A stretch of 63,808 bases of DNA, filler included, from Octopus bimaculoides (taxonomy: Eukaryota): assembly GCF_001194135.2 (NCBI RefSeq). It is 6 parts of 6 records of this genome, joined end to end, with 100 filler letters (N's around TTAATTAATTAA, not from the genome) between each part and the next. Parts side by side here need not be neighbours in the genome. Positions count along the whole stretch, not along the records: positions 23,474 to 43,280 come from NC_068982.1; positions 43,381 to 53,289 come from NC_068987.1; 4 more parts are not named here. One strand, given 5' to 3'. The first letter of the stretch is position 1. Every line of letters begins with the position of its first letter. Both the position numbers and the translations under genes were made by a program. Below, in pieces: positions 38,227 to 50,469 of the stretch. Below the pieces are notes generated by a model, which ran no database searches, was not told the origin of the DNA, and saw nothing but the letters and a program-made list of their open reading frames with translations.

Positions 38227-38939
38227 ATTTTAATGTTTTATAATGTTTTACAGTGGTAAAGCAATTATTGTGAGATAAATAAAGTTGGACGACAATTGAA
38301 GTGCTAAAAGATCTATAATTAAATGGAGAAAGAATTTCCTTGAATAGAGAGCTAAAGTTGAAAGTATGAATAGAAAAGGGGTTGAAAGGAAGGGAGTAAC
38401 AAAGAAGGGATATCTCAATATATTTCTTTGCAAAATTGTGAAAATAAATTCTACACGAAAGGAAAGTGAAATTAAAAGTATATAAAACTGAAAGTTAAGC
38501 GAATATTAATTAATAGAATGCAATTATAATCACTGGTTTATAAATGAATTATGTGAAGGAAGCAGGTGTTAAAGCTGGTCGACATTTCTGGAAGAAACAG
38601 ATTTTAAAAACAACGTTTCCGTAATTACTAGTATTGGACAAGTCTACGATATCCGAGGTAAGAAGACTTAAAGGTGGTGCGTATAATAGAGTGGAAAATG
38701 AGAGAGAACGGGAAAAGACAGAGATGCAGGTGAGGATAAGATTATGTAAGGAGAAAAATTAAATGAGAAACGATAGAGAGGTACTTCTCTTGTACTTCTC
38801 TGTAACTGTACTTCTCTGTAACTGTACTTCTCTTGAAACTGTTGTTTGAGCAGTTGATTTTTCTTATGAATTATGACTAAGAATTGCATTTACAATTACA
38901 AAACTACCATACCATTCTGTTGTTCCTATTGGTTAGCGT

Positions 38940-40300
38940 GGCAGAACATCTTCTATATTACGGATGCATTTTATAAACTACATTTCGTAATCGTGGGACA
39001 TCAGCTTTAATCACCAACGGAGTATGCTTTGCATAAAAGGCATTTTGTTTTTCATGAATAGTTGTTACTGGTCATTGAAGAGATAGAGTGGTCTTCCATA
39101 GAAATATACATGGAACCTTTTTTTCACGTCTATGCCACAGACGACCTTTCTTTTCAGTTTACCAATAGTGATTTTTCGAAAGTTCTTTGGAAATGTAATA
39201 AAATGACATTTGTCTTGAAGTCATATCGTACCAATATGACGCCCATTCTGACAGGGTTGGCTTCAACATAGAAACTTCTCGTTTTGATGCCAAACTATAA
39301 TAATATAGTACATGATGTTATGCATTGTTTTAATTCTTTGTATTTCTTCTGTTGCTTACAACGCACTGAAACCACTCTCTTCTTTTTGTCAGTTTCTACT
39401 GTATAACTTTCTTCAAAGTTTAATGTTGCACGAAATAACCAAGCTGAATTATAACTCCAAACTTTTTATTCAGTCGATTTTGCTGGGCGTTTAAAGTGAG
39501 TCACAAAACTAATCTTATTTTCGGTCGCTTTGACTCCTTGATTTAAAACAATGAAACCAAAGTGTTCTGTCTGACTCACATTTGTTATGAGTTAATGTGG
39601 AGCCATTGTTACATAATAACAGACATCCAATTAATGTCACTTATCAGTCTTCTTTTTGACCCTTTATTTCTGCAGAGTAGAATACAAACTGCTTTATATT
39701 TCTTATGTTAGATTAAGATTGGAAAAAACTGTTACTGATTTCCTGAAATTTTTCATTGAAATAATCATATCTTATTTTATGATGCCAGTGATGGACCTAC
39801 TTCTATTTATCTCAATTAAGATTCAGTTTTGAGTAAAAACATCATTCATTCAAATTTTCCAGTACCTTTTTTTCAAGGTCGTAATTATGTGTTGTTCTTT
39901 GGATAGGTTTCCATGCGCAAACAAACGCAGCCATCTTTGTTTGGTATCTTATCCAATGCGGAAATCCACCTTGTGACTCCATTAACTCTCTCAATGATGT
40001 CCAATTTTAAACAAGCGTCTCATTTCTTTGGCTTCTTTGTTTACATGAAATAGTAATCAGCCCAGACTTTGCTTGATGGCTAATTTGATCATTTTAGTAT
40101 AAAATATTTTATTCTATCATTGACTTTGCATACTTCGAGGAATTGTCTAGTCATTCAATCATCTTTTACTCTTGAAGGAACACTGATATTGTTTATTTTA
40201 ATTAGATTTAATGAAGAAGCTGTTTCCTGATCGAGTAAATATAGTCGGGCATAGATTTAGCCACAAACATCCTCCGAAACCAGAAGCCAATTTCAAGAGT
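38940..40300 (-). mobile_element. Heavily decayed Ty3/Gypsy pol (protease end, RT, RNase H)
   Basis: Minus-strand pieces in PR-RT-RH order: LLDQETASSLNLI; DIIERVNGVTRWISALDKIPNKDG; LENLNE*CFYSKLNLN; FGFIVLNQGVKATENKI; FYVEANPVRMGVIL (DASPVGLGAIL-like). Confidence 0.75.
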
Positions 40301-42451
40301 GTCACAAATGATTCTCACGTAAAGCTAAAAGTGAAGCAGAGAAACAGACAAATATTTTGGTTCACATAATTGAAAAATTGTTCAAAATTAAAAACCTTCA
40401 TTCATTAAATGCTGCTTTATCAACTGAATTTCATAATGGACTGTGGGCTGTGGGCTGTGGGCTGTGGGCTGAAGTGCTTAAAGTTACGAACCTGCGGTTT
40501 CCCCGAACAACATACGATCATGAAATGATCGCATTTCTGTTTTTACGTAAGTAACAGATTCTTCCCTTTGACTGACGCGGGATCAATCATGAGATTAATG
40601 AGATTAAATAAAATTAAGATATGAGATTTGGAACCACATGCATAACAGAAATTGCCTACTTAAATTAATATTAATCTAATCATTTTGTGTGTGTGTGTGC
40701 GTGTGTGTGTGTGCATGCGTGCGTGTTTTACTTGCTTTTAAACTAGATCTTGTGACAGCATTATTTCTAATAACATTTTATGTGTAATGCCGGACGGCTG
40801 TAATAATGTTATCCTCGTAGAATGACTGGGTTTTTCTCATTGAATTGATTCACTATTTCGCTATCAGTATCATACTTAACAAAACATCTTTTTACATTTG
40901 TTTTGTCGGCCGATATAACTGAGGACTTTTTTTTATCTTTGAGTGAAATGGACCGGAACATGCTTCTCTCGCAAGTCAAATTTTTGTGGGCTGATGTCAG
41001 TAAGTCCTTTGCACTCGTAAAAGTTAATTTGTTGTCATTTAGTGTATTACAAATCTCACGACAGACTCTTTTCCCCTTTAGTATGTAGTAGAATAGTCCT
41101 TTTTCTGCCGTCGTCTATACACAGCTACATCAAAATGCATTTCTTCAATGTGCAATTTGTGGTTGGTAGAATTATTATGTTGAGCGCCGAGGATAGTGGA
41201 ATGTATTTTATCGCCATTATAATAAATCAGATAACGTGCTTATTTAAGTGTAGTAATGTAGTTTTACAGTAAACTGTTTATCCAATCAAAGCTGTTGTTG
41301 CTAGCTCTCCTTCCCGACCGAAGCTTCATTTAACTGAGCAACCAAGGTCTTCTAGTAAACTGATAACCCTTTAAATAGCTCTGATAATGCGGTCATGGCG
41401 TAGATCATTTAATGTATGCATCTTACCATATTACTGCTAAGTCTCCTCACTTTACCTTTTGAAATGCTACTACAGTGGTCTCTTCTCTTCACCACAAGCT
41501 GGTCTCTTACAATCTTCACTCAGGCGCTTCCGACCCCTGTATTCCTCCCTCCTGTATTGTGTCTTCCGCTGCCCTTCAGGTTTCGCACTAATTACTTTGT
41601 CTGGTCTGTTCTTCTCATGCTTCTGCAATTCACTTCCTGCGCCTGTCAATTTGCTACTGTTCAAGAGGAAAATGAACCGCACAGATATTATAAGGCCTAC
41701 GATTGGCCTGTTTTGGTTATGGGCGGAGCCCTTCTCTCTAGACAAAGCCATTATAAATAAATAACTAAAACAATCAAAGTTGTTAGTTGTTTTTGATCAT
41801 AAGTCTGTTCAATTAGGGCTGAACTGGAGATAAATAACAATAACAATATATATACATATATATATATATATATANNNNNNNNNNNNNNNNNNNNNNNNNN
41901 NNNNNNNNNNNNNNNNNNNNNNNNNNNNNNNNNNNNNNNNNNNNNNNNNNNNNNNNNNNNNNNNNNNNNNNNNNNNNNNNNNNNNNNNNNNNNNNNNNNN
42001 NNNNNNNNNNNNNNNNNNNNNNNNNNNNNNNNNNNNNNNNNNNNNNNNNNNNNNNNNNNNNNNNNNNNNNNNNNNNNNNNNNNNNNNNNNNNNNNNNNNN
42101 NNNNNNNNNNNNNNNNNNNNNNNNNNNNNNNNNNNNNNNNNNNNNNNNNNNNNNNNNNNNNNNNNNNNNNNNNNNNNNNNNNNNNNNNNNNNNNNNNNNN
42201 NNNNNNNNNNNNNNNNNNNNNNNNNNNNNNNNNNNNNNNNNNNNNNNNNNNNNNNNNNNNNNNNNNNNNNNNNNNNNNNNNNNNNNNNNNNNNNNNNNNN
42301 NNNNNNNNNNNNNNNNNNNNNNNNTTGTACCTTGTTTATCATTTTGTCCATGTTCTTTTGCAACGTCATGTACCCACATATGTATCTATATGTACATGTA
42401 GATGAAGGAATGTACATACATGTACATATATGCATATACTCATATTGTTTG

Positions 42452-42485
<34 letters not shown>

Positions 42486-42488
<3 letters not shown>

Positions 42489-42920
42489 GACGGGCTTCTT
42501 TCAGTTTCCGTCTACCAAACCCACTCACAAGGCTTTGGTCGGCCCGAGGCTATAGCAGAAGACACTTACACAAGTTGCCACGCAGTGGGACTGAACCCGG
42601 GACAATGTGGTTGGTAAGCAAGCTACTTGCCACACAGCCACTCCTGCGCCTATATACATATACAAGGAGGAGAAAAGTGGAGTGATAACACCTTGTTCTC
42701 TGGACCGGAAGGTTCTTAAGATCTCGGAGCTCATCCTACGAACTACATCGACTTTATGACGGACTTTTTTTAGTTTCAGTCTACCAATTCCATTCACAAG
42801 ACTTTGGTCGGCTCAAGGTTATAATAGAGACATTTGCCCAAGGTGCCACGCAATGGGACTGAACTCGGGACCATGTGGCTGATAAGCAAGCTACTCTCCA
42901 CACAGCCACTCCTGCGCTTA
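42486..42920 (-). mobile_element. Two OK-type SINE 5' halves (42486-42650, 42770-42920)
   Basis: Both end in cacacagccactcctgcgc; the first retains its CpGs. Confidence 0.9.
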
Positions 42921-43080
42921 TAGGGAAGAAAAAAAATGGAAAAATATAAAAAAGAACGAATTCAAAGCATAAATATTTACAGAAATTATCAACGACAGAA
43001 TACAACAGTTCTGAATTAAGTTTGTTTAAATTTGTCTCGATTAAGTGACAAATCTGAACTCAAACTGTTACACAGCCATT

Positions 43081-43243
43081 ATGGGAAGGGGCGGGTAAGA
43101 CAGCAAAATAAAACATTTACCCTCTTGCTTCGAGAGATGGTGATGCGAACGCGCGCGCACTGACGCACGCTGTATACACACACGCGCACACACAACAACC
43201 ACGTAGACACACACACGTATACACAACATAAACACGTATACGT

Positions 43244-43260
<17 letters not shown>
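43081..43260. promoter_or_regulatory. CpG-rich patch with GC box and splice-donor motifs on both strands; possible first exon
   Basis: gcgaacgcgcgcgcactgacgcacgc; plus strand ATGGGAAGGGGCGG|gtaaga; minus strand AGG|gtaaat at 43120. Confidence 0.35.
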
Positions 43261-43280
<20 letters not shown>

Positions 43281-43380
43281 NNNNNNNNNNNNNNNNNNNN
43301 NNNNNNNNNNNNNNNNNNNNNNNNTTAATTAATTAANNNNNNNNNNNNNNNNNNNNNNNNNNNNNNNNNNNNNNNNNNNN

Positions 43381-43445
<65 letters not shown>

Positions 43446-43873
43446 GTATGTATACACATGCACACATGCATGAATAAGTACATAAATGCAAAACAAGAAG
43501 GAAAAAATAGTACTCAGAAAACAAAGGTAGAATGATATGCTTTACTTAAAGCTGAAAACATCTTCACAAACTGTTACTCAGCATTTCACATTGCCATTCA
43601 TTAAACAGTTTTGATTATACTCATTTTTGGCTGTTATTCAGTATGATGACAACTGTCCATCGAATGGTAACATATAACTCAGAGTAACAGTTTATGAAGA
43701 TATTTTTAAAGTAGTTGTATGCTGCCAACTTAATGTGACAGTCCCCTGAAGGGAATAATACTACTGTTGGTTAGACCTAGGAAGCTGCACCGCTTCCTGT
43801 CAGCCTTGACACATTTCCTGTGTCCTTATGTTTACAAGGGGGAGACAAGCACCTCCACCCAGCTAAGCCTGCA

Positions 43874-43916
43874 TCCAGAGACATGTTTCTGAGTCTTTGC
43901 TCGTCATCAGTCTGGA
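43874..43916 (-). ncRNA. Minimal type-I hammerhead ribozyme, core intact
   Basis: 5'-TCCAGA CTGATGA cGAG-caaaga-CTCa GAAA CATG TC^ TCTGGA-3'. Perfect 6-bp stem I, GUC site, palindromic stem III ACATGT. Confidence 0.85.
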
Positions 43917-43989
43917 GTAGCATGACTTGCTAGTCGAAGATGCCCGTCAAGCTCTTGTAAACATATAATAATTCTAGTGAAAGTAAATT

Positions 43990-44402
43990 CTTTTATTTTT
44001 TTACTTGTTTCAGTCATTTGACTGCAGCCATGCTGGAGCACTGCCTTTAGTCAAACAAATTGACCCCAGGACTATTCTTTGTAAGCTTAGTATTTAGTCT
44101 ATCGGTCTCTTTTGCTGAACTGCTAAGTTACAGGGATATAAAAACACCAACATCAGTTGTCAAGCAATGGTGAAGGGACAAACACAGACACTCAAACATA
44201 CACGCACACACGCACACATACACATGTATCTATATATATATATATGACAGGCTTCTTTCAGTTTCCGTCAACCAAATCCAATCACAAGGCTTTGGTTGGC
44301 CTGTGGCTATAGTAGAAGAGACTTGCCCAAGGTGCCACATGGTGGGACTGAACCTGGAACCATGTGGTTGGTAAGCAAGCTATTTACCACACAGCCCCTC
44401 CT
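43990..44402 (-). mobile_element. OK-type SINE, full length, CpG-depleted
   Basis: Aligns with 18800-19171 with most CpGs changed to TpG/CpA. Confidence 0.92.
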
Positions 44403-44659
44403 GCACACACACACACACACATATACGTGTGTGTGTGTGAGTGTGTTTATAATTATACCATATGTTACATATGTATTATATCACACCTTGATACTATGTG
44501 GACTTAGATCCCTGTTGACAGTCTGCTGGTATTTATAGAATGTTAAACACTTTCAGTATGCAAATTAGACAATCCTTCATAGAGTAACTGCTGTATTTGT
44601 TGAGTATATTAACAGTTTGGCTGCTTGTCTCTCTGGAGATTGTCAGAATAAGGTAGATT

Positions 44660-44700
44660 CCTCTGATGAGAACCCAATAAGGTTTGAAAATCAATTAAGG
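44660..44700 (+). ncRNA. Minimal type-I hammerhead ribozyme, core intact
   Basis: 5'-CCT CTGATGA GAACC-caataa-GGTTT GAAA ATCAAT TA^ AGG-3'. Both stem defects revert to perfect pairs by restoring CpG (GGTTCGAAA, ATCGAT). Confidence 0.75.
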
Positions 44701-45104
44701 CTGTTTATCATTTTTTTTCCAGTCTGCGGAGAAATGGCTAAAATTTGACCTGCTTATAATTATACCACATGTTACATATAAAGAGAGAGAGGTACTTCAG
44801 GGCTATCTTTCAGAGGTGGTACTATTATTATTGTTGTTACTTTTGTCCTTGTGGCTACCCTCTGTACCTACAGTAACACTGTTGTAGTTATCATCATTAT
44901 TGTTGTTACTTCATGGGGCATTGCTGGTGTTGTTGATTTTATTGTTGTAGTTGTTGTTTTTGTCTTTGTCTGAGCTTCCTTCTGTAACTTGCTGCTGCCA
45001 CTATATGTGTAGAAGTATTAATAGTAGCAGCAGCAGAAGTAGTGGTAGTCGTAGTAGCAGCAGTAGTAGTATGGATAGTCAGCAAACAGTCCAGTTAACA
45101 TACC

Positions 45105-45105
45105 T

Positions 45106-45154
<49 letters not shown>

Positions 45155-45173
45155 CACCAGCAGCAGCACCAGC

Positions 45174-45228
<55 letters not shown>
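45105..45228. repeat. (TAG)n microsatellite with a CAG interruption
   Basis: Direct reading. Confidence 0.95.
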
Positions 45229-45793
45229 ATTTCATAAGAATTTAGAAACTTTGAAACAAAAAAGTCAGGCAACCCTCGGCTATTTCTACACAAAAGGTTT
45301 TAAAACCAATATCTACATGCTGTTATTTATAGCTTTATTTGCTTTGAAATTCACCGTTCCAAAAAAAAAAAAAGAATTTTTATTAAGATGATTTTGTGGT
45401 TAAGAAGTTTGCTTCCCAACCATGTGGTTGTGATTCAGTCCCATTGCAGAAAAGGTACATTGGGCAACTATCTTCCACTATAGCCTCCACAAAGCGAAGC
45501 AAAACCTTGGGTGTGAATTTGGTAGACGGAAACTGAAGAAGTCCATTGGACACACACACACACACACACACATTTATATGATATATAATTATATACAAGA
45601 AGTGGAATGGCAATTACCTCAAACTTTCAGTTTACTAGCCTTCATCAGCCAGTCCAGTGGTGACAAGCAGGCAGAAACTTTGATGTCACTGCTACCCTGT
45701 CCTTGTAAAAGTTACAAAAAAGTACTGAGTAATTCTTCAGTTTAATATTAAATTGTTTTATTATAACTCAACATAAAAACAAACAAATTGTTG

Positions 45794-46202
45794 CAGGCAT
45801 GGCTGTGTGGTAAGTAGCTTGCTTACCAACCACATGGTTCCGGGTTCAGTCACACTACATGGCATCTTGGGCATGTGTCTTCTACTATAGCCTCAGGCCA
45901 ACCAAAGTCTTGTGAGTGGATTTGGTAGACGGAAACTGAAAGAAGCCTGCCGTATATGTGTGTGTGTGTGTGTGTATGTGTGTGTGTGTGTGTGTGCGTG
46001 TTTCTGTGTTTGTGTTTGTCCCCCCACCATCGCTTGACAACCAATGCTGGTGTGTTTACATCCCCATAACTTAGCAGTTCGGCAAAAGAAACCAATAGAA
46101 TAAGTACTCAGCTTACAAAGAATAAGTCCTGGGGACGATTTGTTTGACTAAAGGCAGTGCTCCAGTATGGCCACAGTCAAATGACTGAAACAAATAAAAG
46201 AA
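45794..46202 (+). mobile_element. OK-type SINE, full length, CpG-depleted; further diverged 5' halves at about 45404-45548 and 48056-48180
   Basis: gcaggcatggctgtgtggtaagtagcttgc..gactgaaacaaataaaag. Confidence 0.92.
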
Positions 46203-47129
46203 TATATCATTATGATGGTTGAAAATTCAGCCTGTATGGCTACACTGTATCAAAAAAATATCATTGAGAACTTTTTATACTAATCAGTATGCACTTCTCT
46301 GTGACAAAATTTTTAATGAAAATTCAATTAAAGTCAGTTACAGTTGTATGTGAATCATAAGATTACAACATGCTTATAACAACAACAAAAATCTACAAAT
46401 ACCTAACAATTCAAAACTATGGTAGAAAATACTTGCCTAAGAAGCCATTTAATAGATATTTGGTAAATTCAGTCTGTGAACAGAATATTGAAAATATTCA
46501 AATTTTTTCTAAACTTCAGTACATAACAGCTCACTGTTGATATCAAAATTTCAATGATGGAACTTAGCTTCATTATTAAAACTAATTCATTCTTTACAGG
46601 GTGAATTTGAAAAGTTTAAAAAAATAAAAGACAGATCAGGAAGACAAATATATATTTCATGAACATGCATTTATAAATTCAAGCGTACTTTTAGGCAGAT
46701 AAGTCTTCATAACTACCAGCATATGCAAATATGTGGAAACATTATTTGTACTGATAATACTTAATGCAAATAAACACAGAACTTTAGTGGAAGAATTTTG
46801 TCCAAATATTTTATCTCAGTGTAAGAAATGAGAGAGAGAGAGAAAGAGAGGGAGAGTAGAAAAGGAAAAAAAAGAGAACTAGAGAGACTAGATACATATG
46901 AACATGTATGTGCGTATGTGAGTGTGTTTGTGTTTTGTGTGTGCATGTGTATGTGTGTATGTGTGTGGATGTGCATATGTGTATGTGTGTGATGGAGAGA
47001 AAGAAAGAGAAGAGGCAGAATGAAGAATAGGATAATAATATGGTCGCACTTTGTCTTCAACATTGTTTAGATATGGTTTCTATTTTGGGGCTGACTGGGT
47101 AGAGTGGGATGTGTACAAAACTTCATTAT

Positions 47130-48685
47130 TGCCGTCATTGCGACAAACCACTACCAACACCACTAGTAGTGACACCACAACCACTACCACTGTTACTGTC
47201 ATTGCCATATCTACTACCATTGTTGTTGCTACTACTGCCCACCCCTCAATTAGCACCGAAGTACCACCATCAAAACTACCTTCACTACAACCACCACCAC
47301 CACCACCACCACCACACTTACTATCATCACCACCACCACTACCACTCCTGCCAATACTAATACCAACGCTACCGCCATCAAAATCACTTTCCCCACCACA
47401 ACCACCACCAACAGCAACAACAAAAGCACTGCCTCAACCACCCTCCCACCCACTGCTACCTANNNNNNNNNNNNNNNNNNNNNNNNNNNNNNNNNNNNNN
47501 NNNNNNNNNNNNNNNNNNNNNNNNNNNNNNNNNNNNNNNNNNNNNNNNNNNNNNNNNNNNNNNNNNNNNNNNNNNNNNNNNNNNNNNNNNNNNNNNNNNN
47601 NNNNNNNNNNNNNNNNNNNNNNNNNNNNNNNNNNNNNNNNNNNNNNNNNNNNNNNNNNNNNNNNNNNNNNNNNNNNNNNNNNNNNNNNNNNNNNNNNNNN
47701 NNNNNNNNNNNNNNNNNNNNNNNNNNNNNNNNNNNACCACCAACACTACCAACACCACCAACACCACCACCACCACCACCACCAACACCACCACCACAGA
47801 TAATGCAACCGCAATGAAACAACTTCTACTTAGTATTTTAAACTGCTAGAAATGGCAGCCGAATCTCCTTCGCATCTCACCTTGCCATCTTAGAATGGAA
47901 GGATACCAGAGGTAATGTGATCATTGGTGTACTGTGGTGCAGTGTGCTTGGAAATAAAACAGGATGGTCATGGTTGGAACATCTTTGGCTACAGGTCTAC
48001 CCTATCAGAGATGACCTAGGGCCAAACAACAGCAACAACACAAGCACATTGAAGGCAGGCATGGATGTGTGGTTACAGGTTCAATCCCAGTCTGCAGCAT
48101 TTTGGTTAAGTGCCCTCTACCAGAGACTCAGACTGACCAAAAGTCTTGAGAGAGAGAAACTATGTGCAAGACCATTGTAGAGACCATACCATTTGTTGGA
48201 TGGTAAACTTACTCCTTCAGCTGATTTAACACTACCACTTGTGGTCTAGCTGTCAAGGTGGTTAGACTCATGTGTTCAATTCTCATATAAGGCTGTACGT
48301 TGTATCTTTGAGCAAGGCATCATCATCACCACCATCACCACCACCGCCATCACCATCATACCATCATACTATCTCCACCACTAAGCACACCATCAACACC
48401 ACATCAACCACCACCGCCACGCCACCACTTCTACAATCATAGCATCATCATGCTATCACCATCACTAAACTCACCATTATCATCACTACCAACATCACAT
48501 GACCACCATTATCGCGTCACTATTATCACCATCACCATCACTAAAATGACGACAGCCATCACAGAACACATCAAACCCCACCGACAACTATCACTGCCAC
48601 CACCACCATCACAGCCACCACCTCTGCGACTGCTGTCACCATTATTACATCCACCTCCACTACGACCACCAACACCATTATAGAA
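47130..48685. repeat. (CCA/CAA/CAT)-rich low-complexity tracts (47130-47800, 48320-48685)
   Basis: Degenerate trinucleotide runs. Confidence 0.9.
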
Positions 48686-49059
48686 ACCATAAAATGCCTA
48701 TGATCTAACTTAAGTGTGAGAAGATGAAAATGGCTTTTGATCAAGAAATGTGTAGGTATTATACTGGGACTCTACAGTAATAAAAGCCTTCATGTTGCAT
48801 GGTGTTTTTTTTTTCTTTTTGGATTGAGGGATGATATTTTATGCATTTCTAAGAAGAGATTTATGAATGTTTACATGTATGTTTGAATGTAGAGCTATAA
48901 TGTATTCATATAAGTCTTTATATGCACAATGTACACATGATTGTAGTATGAGTATTTTCAATGATTAACTAACTAGTCATATATAAACAAATTTTAATAC
49001 AAGAAGATGGATTGAACAGATTATATATATATATATCAAAATCAAATCAAATTCGCAAA

Positions 49060-49515
49060 TTTGATGACTGGCACCGATGCCAGTGGAGCACTATGAGCAC
49101 CATCCAAGCTTGATCGCTGCCAGAGCAGCTGACTGGCATCTGTGCTGATGGCACATGAAAAGCACCATTCGAACGTGTTCGTTACCAGCATCACCTTACT
49201 GGCACGTGAAAAAACATTCAAGCGAGGTCATTGTCAGTGCCGCTGGACTGGCTCCTGTGCAGGTGGCATGTAAAAACACCACTTGAGCATGGCTGTTGCC
49301 AGTACCACCTGACTGGCCCTCATGCCGGTGGCATGTAAAAGCACTCACTACACTCTCGGAATGGTTGGCGTTAGGAAGGGCATCCAGCTGTAGAAACTCT
49401 GTCAGATCAGATTGGAGCCTGGTGCAGCCATCTGGTTCGCCAATCCTCAGACAAATCAGCCAACCCATGCTAGCATGGAAAGCGGACGTTAAATGATGAT
49501 GATGATGATGATGAT
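49060..49515 (+). mobile_element. Composite retroposon with about 5 diverged roughly 60-bp subrepeats and an (ATG)n tail; tail-only copy at 50150-50300
   Basis: Units gactgg..ggtggca(c/t)gtaaaa..cacc; tail ggttggcgttaggaagggcatccagc..ccaacccatgctagcatggaa..ttaaatgatgatg. Confidence 0.75.
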
Positions 49516-49780
49516 TGATGATGATATATATATATTTGTGTGTGTATACATCAAGTTTCCATGTCGAGTTATATAGGAAAATAATTTAATATTAACCCTT
49601 TAGCGTTTGGACATGTATGTACATGTACATATGTGCAGTTGTGTGCATGTGTGCATACATGTGTGCATGTATGTGTATGCATGTGTGACTGTGAGTGAGT
49701 TGAGACCATGGGGCAACTCTAGTTATCACAATAGCCTTTCTATAAGGCCTGTGAAACATCAGGTAGCTACTCTTCCTACC

Positions 49781-50010
49781 CTTAATTCTTTTACATTCAA
49801 ATCCTTTTGTCAAGAGTAATGCTTATTTATTCACGTTGTTTTAAATCTATCACTTATTGCCTTGTAACTTTGAGATTTCAGCAATGTAATAGATTATGTT
49901 TAGAATGGCATTGTAGGTTAGGTGTGAGAGGCTTGATTTAGTCAGTTTGAATGTAAAGCAGGTAGAGTATTTTGGACCGGATATGGCCAGTTTAAATACT
50001 AAAGAGATAA
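49781..50010. mobile_element. piggyBac-type MITE, second family; 5' stub at 49592-49615
   Basis: Decayed TTAA|CCCTTTAGC / CTAAAG(G)G|(T)TAA-like ends. Confidence 0.65.
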
Positions 50011-50310
50011 ATGCTTATTTATTCACAATGTTTTGAGTTAACCATATTAACATGCATGTGTGTGTGTGTGTGTGTGTGTTTGTATTTGCGTGTGTGTGTA
50101 TGTGTGTGTGTGTGTGTGTGCGTATGCATGTGTACATCGTACACTGTAAATTGGTTGATGTTAGGAAGAGCATCCAGCCATAGAAAACTTGCCAAAGCAG
50201 ATATTGGAACACATTGCACTCCTCTAATTCATTGGTTCCTGTTGAACCAGCCAACCCATGTCAGCATGGAAAACAGACTTTAAATGATGATGATGATGAT
50301 TAATGATGAT

Positions 50311-50371
<61 letters not shown>

Positions 50372-50435
50372 AATGGTGGTGATGGTGGTGATGATGATGA
50401 TGATGATGATGATATATGTATATGTACATATGCGT

Positions 50436-50469
<34 letters not shown>

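Noticed and set aside
39940-40000. GVTRWISAL read as the hAT TRWNS motif
   Set aside because: Context (IIERVNG..KDG..SKLNL) fits Gypsy RT better.
45605-45660. Minus-strand CTGATGA..GAAA
   Set aside because: Stem II is only 2 bp, with no palindrome or stem I.
47051-47803. 250-aa Thr/Pro/His-rich mucin-like ORF
   Set aside because: Degenerate CCA/CAA repeats plus a gap; open on both strands; no convincing exon boundaries.
49060-49350. Repeat-spacer-like array (CRISPR?)
   Set aside because: Units are diverged, there are no cas genes, and the context is a eukaryotic retroposon.
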